This document shows positions 36,675 to 49,000 of a stretch of 64,000 nucleotides of DNA, piece by piece. The stretch lies in the NCBI GenBank assembly GCA_965637545.1, contig OZ281501.1, positions 18,910,001-18,974,000 of the forward strand, in the 5' to 3' direction. Below the pieces are notes generated by a model. That model ran no database searches and was not told the DNA's origin. It saw only the letters and a list, made by a program, of their open reading frames with translations. Position 1 is the stretch's first letter; each line of letters opens with the position of its first letter. This stretch comes from Phallusia mammillata (Eukaryota). The position numbers were made by a program, and so were the translations under genes.

Positions 36675-39600
36675 TCAGGTGAACGGGCCGCCTGATGACG
36701 TGGCACGGTCGAGGTCTTTCATCTGTTGTCGGATATACAAGACTCTGTGGTGAAGACAAGGATTTGAAAACAGGTTTAGTGGAGACTTTGTAGTGAGGAG
36801 ATTAAGTTTTGGTGGCAAACTACCTTTGTTCTTGTAATGTTGAGAGGATTTCGGCCGTTCGCACTTGCGATCTGGCTTGGGTTAAATGCGCGTTCAAGTC
36901 CAACACATGTTCCGACATAAATTTGTAGAAATCATCTGCCAGGCGGTGGCACTAGAGAGGCAAACGCAATACAGGGTTACTGAGAGCTATGCACATAATT
37001 GTGTCATCACAATCATTTCTTTGCACAATAAATACGGATAAAAATATCTAATTTTTAATGCACTTGTCATCAAAAACCTTAATTGTACCAAGTATTTGCA
37101 ATTTTACAAACCTTTAACCTTTTAAAATTACCTTTACTCCTACACAAACAAAAAGGACTTTGTTGTTTAAAACAAACAAGATGTACATAAAACATGAACC
37201 ATTATCCAACCCACAAAGTATGGAGTATTTGTAAATTCTTTTCACCAAGACACATTTAAAAATCTCATAATCTTAAGGCGGATAATTACAAAAACAAACA
37301 ACACAATTGTATTATACTGAAGTTCATACAAGATCTTTTAATATTTTTCACACCTGTTTTTCACAATGTTCCGATGGCCAGTTTTGTACATGCAACAATG
37401 CTGAAGGGTCAAATACATTTCGCAAAGCATTTAATTGAAAGAATTCCGGCACCATAGTTTCAACTTCACCCTTTGATTCAAGGTTGTTAATTTCCATGGG
37501 TTGTTGGTCGATAGACTCTCTGTTAATGTAAAAACATATCATGAACCTTATTCGTGTACAAACATAAAAAATTAGTTAGTTATCAAAAAAAGAGCACACT
37601 GCCACATACTAGGAGCCTCCAAAGTGTTTTTGCCTAGAAAAAAATCCTTTTTAAGTGAAAAGAAATCAAAACAACGAGATCAAAATCAAATTTTATATGT
37701 TTCATATGATTTTCAGCAACAATATTCAATTTTGTTTCTTATTTTTAAAGACCCATTTCAACCCATTTTTGCAGTGTACTTTGAAGACCCCTGTGTCTAA
37801 TGCTATAAATACTAAAAAATAAAAAAAACAAGAGAAACAATTTTGAAAACTGAATGTAAACAACAAATTTTGGCCGATCATAGTTTCTGAGTTAAAGCCT
37901 GAACCAAATCAATGACTCTGTAACCAAAAAAGCAAAGTTGGTAAAAATACATAACTTCCACTTAAAAATAAAAACAGCAAAATAAGCCCATACAAGAGAA
38001 GTTATCTTCCACACTGCTGACATACCTTTCTGTGTCAGTGCAAATTCTCTTGCTGGGTGGTTCCCCTGTGTTGTTACCATTAGGCAAAGCTTCTTCAGTG
38101 TCAGTTGAAGCTGTAAATCATATGTTAAAGTAGTAATAGACCAAAACTGCAAAGCCTACTGCTTTACTTTAGATACATTATAGAATTCGTTTGGTTAACT
38201 GTCATATTTTTTATCAAAACATAATAGAGTAAACCTTGGTTAATGCAGTCCCGTTTGGACCCAAAATTTGCCTGGCAAAGATCTAAAAGATTAATCGATG
38301 TCGATTTCTTGAAGCCTTACTACATTACAAATTATTTGTACCTCGAGTTTTGTCTAAAATAGGCAAAGACCCAGGTTAACGGAATCCGGTTTAACTGAGG
38401 TTCAATGTATGGACTAGTATGTGCCCAGAAAAATGCGAATGTTTAGTTTAAAGTTTGCCAAATGCAAAAGCAGTATGTAACTCTTTTGGTGGAATGCATG
38501 ACCATCCAGTGCCAACGTATGATAGGTTTTGGTTGTGTACCAACATCACCTTAAAAGTATGGGGCACAAAAATATCTAGATTTCAATGGCATGCGGAACC
38601 CAACCATTTAATACAATGTCCTTACAAAGTGATTTTCACAAATGAATACCAAAAAAGTTACCTTTATTTTTTGCAGCTTTTAATAGAAGTTGAAGAGCTG
38701 CAAACAAAAAGTTTGTTTTATATAACTAACAAAATACTGCAAAAATCACATAAGCACAATCCCGACCATTTTCCAAGTTGCCCTTCGTCTCATTTGAGCT
38801 GTTGTTGGACGTTAACACATTGGACAGGGTTCGAACAAATGCTGTAGCTGCCGACTCTGTGCATTGTGTCGAGGAATTATCGTCTGTGTTTGCGGACGAT
38901 AACACTATGAACATGAAACAGGTTACCATTTAAATGTTTACACACATACAGCATGTCTGAAGTAAAAAGTGTAAGATTCAAAACAAGTCAGTTTTGGAAT
39001 ATACAGAGTTAAACAGAATAAAGGGGTACTGTGCAGATTTGAATGGTGTCACAGAAGAATCAGAACGTACATAAAAATCAACAATTTTTTTTCCTAGTAC
39101 ATTTTTTTTCAAAGATTTATAAACATAGTTACGGACAAATTGACTAAGTTACTATCTTCATTACAACTTGATATATGATATAAAAACATTTTACAGAACT
39201 ACAGTTTTTAACACGACACCCAAAAAACAAGCCAATTTTTTTACATTTAACTACCAACCTTTTTCAGAATCAATAGAGCTTTGTGACAGTTGTATATTGT
39301 TTGTTGAGTTTGGAGTTCCGTTAATCTCCACCAGCGGCGGTGGTTTGCTGCCGTCCCAGTTTGAATAATCGTAAAACTCGCCAGTAGAGGGCACATAACT
39401 CTCTGACTTGGTGAGAACTTGTCCGTTGCTTCCCACACTAGTTGTGACATGATTTACAACTTGTTGAGTTCGTGTGGTGGTTGTAGACGTGGAATACGAA
39501 CGATAATCTTTATCGGTATTCACAGACTGCCTGCGTGAGTCTTTTTGCTCGGACGTCCGCAAGTCCCGGTAGTCCACATCACCACGGTAATCACGGTCTC

Positions 39601-42600
39601 CGCCTGTTGCTTTGCTGCGATAGTCCCGATCACAAAAGTCTTTGTTTCGACTCCGATAGTCTTTATCGTCTGCATTATGACTCGTTGTTTTGCTCGACGT
39701 TGAGTGGGAACTGCTATGGCTGGATTTAACCTGACCTGATACAAAATTCATCTTGGCATTTAGACACATTTTTTTTTTCTTGAAATAGAAGGGTAATAAT
39801 GGCTAATTTTATCTTCACAAGTAAAAATCTTTACAATGCAAAGCAGTATTACATTTGTTTAGTTTAGTGTAGGCCAACTGTTTTAGTGTGGTGGCACTTA
39901 AAGCAGCCTGCAAATAGGCCATGAAGAAAAGGGAAAAGCTCAGCTCACAAATTATCACTCAATTAGATTTAGGAAACAAAACGATTCGTTTAACTGCAAG
40001 ATATCAAGTACAACTGGTTGATTGAAATAAGTCGTTATTCTTCAAAGCAATGCATGTTTGTTGCACAGCAAGCATACAACAAGGAGAAAAACTTGTTTTT
40101 TTTACTAAAATAGTGAACAGACGATATCTGGGCTGTCACCAAAATTTTTGAGAAAAAACACAGTCTTCGAAGGTAAATGTTACCTTTCTGCGTTGAAGAC
40201 TTCTTGTCCCGTGGTTTCAGATCAATTGCTTCACTGAAAGATAATTGGAAAAGGTTACTTCAAACAATGCATTCAGTATATATATAAAGTGTAAAGCAGA
40301 GTGTTACAAGTAGAGAACATGAAGGAGTACAGTTTGAGGAGGGGCTTTGTAAAAACTCCTTTCTACCAAAAGGAGCTGAGTTTGCTGTTCTGATTGACCG
40401 TAACACTTTTTCAACAATATAGATTTCCTAACACATACTTACTTACAAAAGAGTTCAAGACTAAAAAAAACTGTGCTAGCAAAAAGAAAATAAATCAATG
40501 CGACTCTATGTTGCTCTAAAGCAGTGGTTCCCAACCTTTTTGTAGTCACGGACCCCTTTTATAAATTTTATCGGACCGCAGACCCCTAACGTAATTTTGT
40601 CTTTTTAAGTTTCCTGCATTATACGTTATTATACCTTCATTTTTTGGGGGCAGAATTTTAATCAACCTTCACAGTCCTTTAATCTCAATAAAGTTCTGTA
40701 CTATGGCTGTCAATGCACTAAAAGAGATAAATTTTCTAGTGTACTATACTTGAAAGTAGGGTTGGCCCGATACCAATATTTTGAACCGATACCGATACCC
40801 GATATTTTACCCCAAAAGTACTGCGATCCGATACCGATACCCGATACTTTGCAAACAAGCAAAAACATTTTCAAACTGATGTATTTGTAATGTGTTTTCC
40901 CATCACAGTTAATTTAACAACACACTCAATCTAATAAATCACTTAAGGCCGTAAAATGCCCAGGTCTGGCAAAGACTCTTTGGCAAATCAGCTGGCGAGC
41001 TAACGATGCCCTAACGACGGTGGTGCATTGGATGCATAACTAACGATTGGTACACTTGTTGTTACGCATCTGATCACTTGATTACGTTTATGCTACGCGC
41101 TTTGCAACGTCTTACCGGCGTCTATTGTTTGTAACGTCTTACCGGCGTTAATGTTTTACGACTTTGACAACAAAAAACATTTAACGATCATGGCTTTAGG
41201 CAGAGAATGGGATTGTCTGTTAATATCCCCAAAACAGTGAAGGAATCCCAAAACATATGACGTTTGGGTCATTTCTTAACGCCAACTTTTGTATTGCAAA
41301 ATCGCAGGTAGTTTAATTGGGATTTACAAGTTCACCTAACGGCATAGAAAATAATTTATCACTGATAACACTATAGTGGAATCCTATAGGAATGTCTAAA
41401 TACACTTGGCCATACAAATTAAACACCTGCCGTTTCGAAACTTATGCTTACAAACGTCTACAATGAACTTTGTGCGTTATGACGCTCGCTCGCAATTAAC
41501 GCGGGCCTAAAAAACGTGTTGCGGCATTAAGTCGCTGTAGCGATTTAGGTCATCTTATTTCGTTAAATCCAAAACAAACGCGTTTTTTAGTTGCAGTCCC
41601 ATAAATATTTTATCACAGCCGATGGTTGTTGTTTTTTGCCTCCTTTCATTTTCAATTTTACACATGATAAAGTCTCAAAAAAAGTATCGGTACTTGTACC
41701 GATACCGCTAAAGTATCGGACGAGTACCGATACTGCTCGAAGTATCGGGTATCGGCGCCGATACAGTACTATCGGGCCATCCCTACTTGAAAGCACAAAG
41801 AATTTTATTGTTAATGTGTGTTGTGATGTCACAATGGAGGTAACAATTACAAGTTTTCCTGGCCCAAGGGTTTGATAAACAGTTTGCACTTATAGGATTG
41901 TAAAAACGGTTTGGGAACTTAAAAATATTGCACTGTTATTAATGCTACTGTAAATGTTTGTCTCCACGGACCCCCTGAAACCATCTCACGGACCCCTTGG
42001 GGGTCCGCGAACCCCAGGTCGGGAACCACTGCTCTAAAGTGTGAAAATTGGCCTAAACCAATCACAGTTATATATGGACTCATGCAGACAGAAGATATGA
42101 TTTGCACTACCCTGGAACAAAGTATACAGCCACCAAAGACTTGATTTTATGTGCATATCATAGGAGGCATGTAAAAGTAATTCCTTCTGTGCTACACCTT
42201 GCTAGTGTAAACTGAAATGACAGCAGCAGTGGTCGGATTCAGCCTGTTCACACCGGTTTTATAGAACCTCCTTCGAAATTTTATGAAATCACTGAACCGG
42301 TTAGCATTACTGGTTACTGTCAATAGACTTTTGTAACAGAATCAGCTGAAAAATATAACTTTTGTGATAGAACCGGCTGACAAAAAAATTGAATCCCACC
42401 ACTGGACAGCAGCACAAGTTTGTGACTCTCTTCATCCTACAAAGTTAGCTTATCAGTAAATTGCACCTTTCTCTCCAATCATCTGGCTTCTCCCACTGGG
42501 AAACCTCTGACACATTGTTGTAGAAATAGATTTTCCCAGACGAGCTGATGTGTTCTGACCAGTTGCCACACCCACGCAACGCCCCTTGTACCTACAATAA

Positions 42601-45007
42601 CACATGTCATGTTCACAATATATACAGGTCCAATTACAGGATATTAGTTGTCAACTTTTTCCACTGAAACTGTTCAACTCGAAAACGTATACACAAAATG
42701 AAAGTTTATTGAAAATGCCAATACAAAAGTTTTTTGCATTAGTCACAAAATGATTTTACTTAAGTTGCTTAATGCAGAAGGCAATAGATTTATTAATGTT
42801 ATTATAAAATGCTATCACAATTATTGCAATTAATGCTATTGTTGTTTTTTTGCATTCAAAAAGCATATTTTGTGGTAAATTTGACTTGTACAATTTAGCC
42901 GTTTCTATGAGAAATTTTCAAACACAGCAGGAATATACAACAAAGCTAACCTACTGAGAAATGCCATGAAAAAGCACAAATTTAATGTTTATATTTACAG
43001 CCAAATTTATTACTAATAGATATGGGGTGTGTAGATTTACCTTGTGATGTTTGGTTTTGTCTGATGAGGATTTTGACACATGGTTTGATGGACCTGAGAT
43101 GAATTTGTGGGATTCATTACCAGTCTACTTTTTTCAAAAAAGGTTTGCACAAAAAATATCAATGTGATTTGATTGGAAAAAGTTACTGGGACCAGCTTTG
43201 AAAGCATATTTATAAATTATTAAACAAGGCAATAAAGTGTTACATTTTGCCAAGTTACCAATAAACGAATTGTTTTTTCTCTTTCAATCATTTCATATAC
43301 AGTCATAGCTGTTGGAAAACCTACTAAGATTTGAAACAGCTTATCTTCAGTCAGTTAACACAATAATCCCCAACCTTTTGAGTTGTGAGATAAAGACGAC
43401 TTTGTTTTCTGCGAAGAATCCGACTTTCTAGCATCTCGTTCCCTTCCATGCGAGGAGGATAGGCGATGACCGCTGACTGACATGTGCTGCAGATACAAGC
43501 TCAAACTGTTGGGCTTGTTTATGAATTTTACAAAGAATGTCTAATAATAATTTTGGCGGTTCCTAATGTTTAACTATTACAATCATTACATGACTGTTCA
43601 TCTAAACATGTCTTGTAGAATAATCAGTTCCCAGTGTTTTGTTTATATATTATCATTACAACTTATATATATATATATGAAGAGTTTGGATTTTTTGTCC
43701 ATCCAATTTCATGGTGGTTTCAAGACTAAATCAGTAACTAACTGCTGCAACATAGGTGTATATTTAAGTGGCCTGTTAGTGTTTATTAATGCGGTAAAAG
43801 TAATGCAAATCTATAAAATTTTGAGACGGTACTTCATGGTACAAAAATGATACAGAATAGAAAAACTTTTTGTCCAAGATTTTCTAGTTTCAATATTTGA
43901 AATTACTGCATACAAATAAGTTTGATAGAAATCTTACCTGCATAACTGGCTTTTTGCTTGGATCATACCTGAAATAGAAATATGCAACTGAAAACACAAC
44001 TGCATTTTCCAGACACATTTGAATTTGTCCATGATATTTTTCACACTTGTCATATATAAATATACATATATATATATTCGACATTATATATAAACACAAA
44101 CTATACATGAGTGTGGCACTTAAACGCAGTATGCATTGCAAGTTTAACATGTCATCATAATTAATGCAAGAAGACCATGTCTGATACAATCAATTTATAC
44201 ATATGAGTGGCTAAATGCAAAATAAGCAGTGACTTATTTTTTGATTTTTCTAAAAAATAAACAAATAAACTATATAGATAGATAGTAAATATATATATAT
44301 ATGTAATAGAAAAATACAATTTTAACTTTATTGGGTATTCAAATCAAAAATTATACACAGGTAAAACTGAAACCATTTGAACATACTTATTTTGTAATTT
44401 ATATTCCATTCATTTCTACCGTTCCCTAAATATTGGCTGGTATGGGACCTAAAATTAAAATCTACACCATTTTCACTGTTTTTTTGCTTCAAATTTACAC
44501 TGAAAAACAAGTTTTGTATAATGCCTGCTTCAAGATCACCTGATTATCTATATTTAGATTTGACCAGTGTAATTTGTTCACAAAAATTCGCTTTTAAACT
44601 TTAAAGGGTGTTGTGAATTTCTCCACAGACAAGTTTCTATGAAAAATGTTTTTAATCATTGTTCTTTCAGTGTGTTGTGTTGTACAAGATTTTCAATGTG
44701 GCTAAATTCAACTGATACTTTTGTGTGGTGGACTTGAATATTTTAATGCTACTGGGAAGTTTTGCAATCAGTGTAGATGAAATGTGTAATTTGTTTTTTG
44801 TACGAAATCCATGTTGGGTTGGATGGTTTGGTTTCCAGCAAAAGAAAAACTCATAGATTTTGTTGCTGTTATAACTGTGGTAGAGCACATATCGCAACAA
44901 AAATGCCTTTGAATTGTTTACAAAACTAAATGAATTAACAACATAATATTTCAGGCAACACAACTTCAAATATACCCTTCAATTTGCGACGAGCCTCTCT
45001 TGTACAT
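36675..45007 (-). CDS. WAC: WW domain-containing adapter protein with coiled-coil
   Basis: 12 phase-compatible exons: 44976-45007, 43938-43968, 43375-43486, 43041-43093, 42467-42591, 40184-40233, 39259-39735, 38767-38904, 38026-38110, 37354-37519, 36824-36951, 36675-36744. WW domain [31 protein letters not shown] motifs, [15 protein letters not shown] and C-terminal [28 protein letters not shown] match vertebrate WAC as I recall it. Confidence 0.93.
38225..38409. mobile_element. Tigger/pogo-like MITE
   Basis: Ends (TA)GAGTAAACCTTGGTTAA...TTAACTGAGGTTCAATG(TA). An inverted homolog lies at 53030-53203. Confidence 0.6.
40522..42031. mobile_element. Charlie-like hAT MITE (host of a nested insertion) in a WAC intron
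   Basis: TIRs CAGTGGTTCCC(A/G)ACC, perfect TSD CTCTAAAG. Same family as 1459-1908. Confidence 0.9.
40757..41785. mobile_element. Ac/Ds-like non-autonomous hAT nested in the previous element
   Basis: TIRs TAGGG(T/A)TGGCCCGATA, subterminal CCGATA repeats, perfect TSD CTTGAAAG. Confidence 0.9.
42227..42404. mobile_element. hAT MITE (CAGTGGTGGGATTC family)
   Basis: TIRs plus perfect TSD GACAGCAG. Confidence 0.9.
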
Positions 45008-45249
45008 CACCACGCATCACAAGAAATTATCGCAAAATCTTTCATCAGAAGTACCTGGCAACTAAAAGATTGTAAATACAACTAATAATAACTTTTTAAA
45101 TTAGGTTGTTGATACAGTTCTCAATACAATTAAGTGATATTTACTTTTATGTCATATGTTGGGAGTAATTTTAAAACTTAACACATTTATAACTGAATAA
45201 CATACTAAAGAGTTTGAAAAAGTTGCAAAAACTTACCAATATTTCGCCA

Positions 45250-46008
45250 TTTTACTGCTGGAAATTGTGGAACTTAAGAAGAAATTTGCATTTTCTTTAC
45301 CACAAGATGTCGCAAATTGCCACAAACAACCACAGAAAAAAAGCACAAAGACTTCAGTACCACGCCTTTCCATTATTTTATTTTGAAAGTTGCTGTTGAA
45401 CGTTTGACGCCAATTATCATCAAATATATATTTTAAATTTTACGTTGACAGTATTATGTTGCTTTAATATGAATTGGCTAACTTAGCTTAAAGTTGGTAT
45501 TCAGTCCTGCCGAAGTTTTCCACATTATACCCATTGTTAAAACTGCGGGTATTTACAAATGCTGTATTTCACATTTACTAAATCATAACTTAAATATTGC
45601 AATCTCAAATCTGAAAAAAAATGTTATTACCCAAACCAAACTACTACAAGTTTGTAAATTTGCCACGTTTAATCAGAGTAAAACAATTTTATTTGTGTCG
45701 CAGGTTGCAGCTCTTGTCAGCTAGACTGTGTGGTAAAAAACGTTATGCGGTGTAGTTTTTAATTGTGTAAAATATATATTTCAACATTTTACGACGAAAC
45801 TTGCCTGTGATGTTGTGGATTCCAATCTTTTTGTGTAAGTTTTCTATGTGGACAACAAAAGTTGCGACATTAATTGACAATTGGCGGGTTAATGAAACTT
45901 GACAATTCGGTTTTAAACATTATTTTTTAAGATATTTTACGCAGTTGTGTAGTGAAGTGCTGTAGAAACCTGGCATGCACAAAATATTAGAGCTGTTCTG
46001 TGTTGAAA
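45250..46008. promoter_or_regulatory. Probable bidirectional promoter region for WAC and CASC3
   Basis: The start codons diverge only 1 kb apart (45007 minus, 46009 plus). A WAC leader-exon donor lies at 45236. TSS positions are not determinable from sequence. Confidence 0.55.
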
Positions 46009-49000
46009 ATGGCTGAAAGACGGCGTTTGCGACCCGCAAGAAGTGATAATGAGGAAGTTTTATCAGAAGGAGAATCTCAGGTTCCACACGCTCTCTCGCT
46101 GTCACAGTCGGTAAGATTGTTTGTAGATACATATTTACGTGTATATTGTCTTACTTTATTGCTAATGTTATCATTTTAAATGAGGCTAAAGCAATAACAC
46201 AGACATGCTGCTCTAACAGTTTCTAAAAGTTACTGAAAAGATGTTGTTCCCTTTTTCACTTCAACTACATGTCCTGTACTGTTTATGACTTCATATAAGA
46301 AACTTAAGCAAGAAACATTGCAACTTTATATCTTCCTAGAATAAAAAAAAGCAATAGAAATTCAAAACTTTATGTTTAGTTTGTGTATAACTGGAACTTT
46401 TTTAAGCATGTGTCATTTCATTGTTTGTTTTATTTTTATCCTTGGTTAGTCAGCAATGCCTTATGCTCATGAGAAGTGTTTTATTGCAATTCTGTTGAAT
46501 TATAAGACAGACATAGTTATTGGGGCAAAGAAAAACCGAAATATGCAATTACCTAGATTCAGTCTGTGATAAAACACATTTTTGATTTTGTTTTGAATAA
46601 TAAACCACCACTTATGTGCAGGATGGTGGATCTGAAGGAGGTTATGTTGATCTTTCTGAATATGAAACTGATGAGGATGATTATCATTCACAACATTCAG
46701 TAAGTGAAATTATTCCCATTGCATGCAACATTAAAAAAATGTCTACTTTTCCCTGCACAAAATAACATAACCATATGGAATCTTTGGAACACTATATACG
46801 TCTGTTCATAAGTTTAATGATGAAAATAATTGCCCAAATAACGTTTAAAATATAAAGCAAGTTGCTTTTTACGTGTATTTGGGCCGGCATTTTCACCATT
46901 AAACATATGGAATGTAAAACACAAAATAAAAATGACATGGTAAAAGCTACATATTTATTCATATTGTTTTTCAAATGTATTTTGGTATTCAGAGTGACGA
47001 GGAGGTTGAAGCTCCTCCCGAAAAGTCCCCAGATCAGTTTGAAGATGCAGAGGAAGATGCAACTGGAGTAGAAAGAGGAAGTGGAGACGGGAAGGTAGTT
47101 GGGCTTTGTACTAACTTGTTCCGAAATTTTAAGCATTTAGCTTTAGTCTTAAAAAAGATGATTTCATTGTCAAATAATTCGAGTAGTTTTGTTGTAAACT
47201 TAGTTAATGCTAATTTTCAGTTTGCAATGAACTATCAATATATGCCTAGTTACTGGATTTTACTCTGTAAGGGTTAGGTAAAGATTTCGATGTGCTAAGA
47301 TTTTTTTTCTGCTTTGTAGGAGCAGTCTGACAGTGATTTTGAGCCGAAGAAGAATTTCGTAAATGTGTCCGAAGAAGCAGGTGATCCTGAAGTTAACGAG
47401 GAGGGAGAGGAAGAAAAAGAATCTCCCTGTTTTATTCCGACCAAAGGAAACTTTTTCCAACATGACACACGATCACAAGATGTCAGGGGAGGGTAAGAAA
47501 CTATAGAAATATTTGTAAAAAATAAATGAGCATAAAAGTATATTTGGATGTTTCAATAATTGGTACCAAAAAATATCCAATTCAAGAAAAACATCAAATA
47601 AATATCGGACATTTTTTTGAAAACACATGCATCCAAAGTTTTGAGCATTGGAGAATGAATGATTTCCCAACAATAGGCAGGGTAATGTCTTGGTTTAACA
47701 CCTTTTTTTTTTCTTTGACATTTGCTATTGTCTTGTAAGCAACCAAGCTGTATTTTAAATATATACTGACACTGATAAATTGGAGGTTTAACTTTCTTGT
47801 GAGGAATCATAAGCTTCCTTGTGGAGTAAATTGATTTAGATTGCTATAAATTAAACTACTCACGCCTTTCAAAGTAACACACAGCCTTTATTGTTATGAT
47901 ACCATAGTTAAACATTGTGTTGTTGTTTTGTTACATTGTAGGAGAACCACGGTCAGAAATTTTCGGACAAGACCTGACGCGTCGCGATGGCTGCATGATA
48001 AATTTGATGAAAGAGAACAAACTCCAAAAAGTCGAGAAGATCTTATTGCTGAATATGGTTATGACATCCGAGCACATTCATATGGCAAACCGCCCACAAA
48101 TACAAGAGGGTATGTGAACAAGTAATGAGTAGCTGGTATACACAACAGGCTTTGTAAATTAGATTGTTCAAGAACCGGAAAAATTGTCTGTTTGTTTTGT
48201 AGTTTTTTGTGAGTTTGCTTTACAATGATGGACCAAGTATTTAAAAGAATAATATAAGGTCAAATTAGTTTCTAGACCTCTTATAGTACCACAGAATTTT
48301 TTAAGCTAATGTTCTATAAAAGACAAAAAATAACTCACAGAGACCCAGTTTTATATAGCATTAACCTCAATATTCTCAGTCCAGCAGCCAAGAATTTTGT
48401 CAGTCAATTTTGCATGGAAAATATTTCTGTAATTTATTTCCAGCGGGACAAGAGGTCAACGTCGTCCTTTTGGTCGTCATGACATGAATCGAGAACAACA
48501 TCACTTTCGGCAGCAAAACCACAATGCCAACTCGCATAATAATGATTACGGCAATGGTCAAGCTTGGCCTAGACTTAATAAGGTAAAATCAGGTGCATGG
48601 TACATGGTGGTAAATTTAAAACACTTCCCTATAATCCTGATTTTGTAATGAATAAATCTGCTGATATTGCTATAAAAAACAACATGATTATATTTTTGGA
48701 AGTTTTAACACATAACGACAAAACATTTTAATAGCACTTGGAATCAGTATTTGATTTTGTGGTGTAAGTGTATAACGGTATTTAGTGATAACTTTTCCTA
48801 AGCTTTTGATTACATGTGCATAACAATACCACAGGATTTTTTCATTTACTACAATTTTTGTTGCAGGAAAGACCAAGAGATCGGCAAGCTCCCTCCAACT
48901 ATAGAGATACAACTATTAGGACTCAAGATTTCCGAGCTTCAAGACGTAATTATCTGAGAAATGATCAGAGGGAAAGAGATCAACAATATAGAGGTAGAGG

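Noticed and set aside
39251-39769. 172-aa ORF with DRDYR repeats as a novel gene
   Set aside because: It is exon 7 of WAC, with phase-compatible splice sites on both sides.
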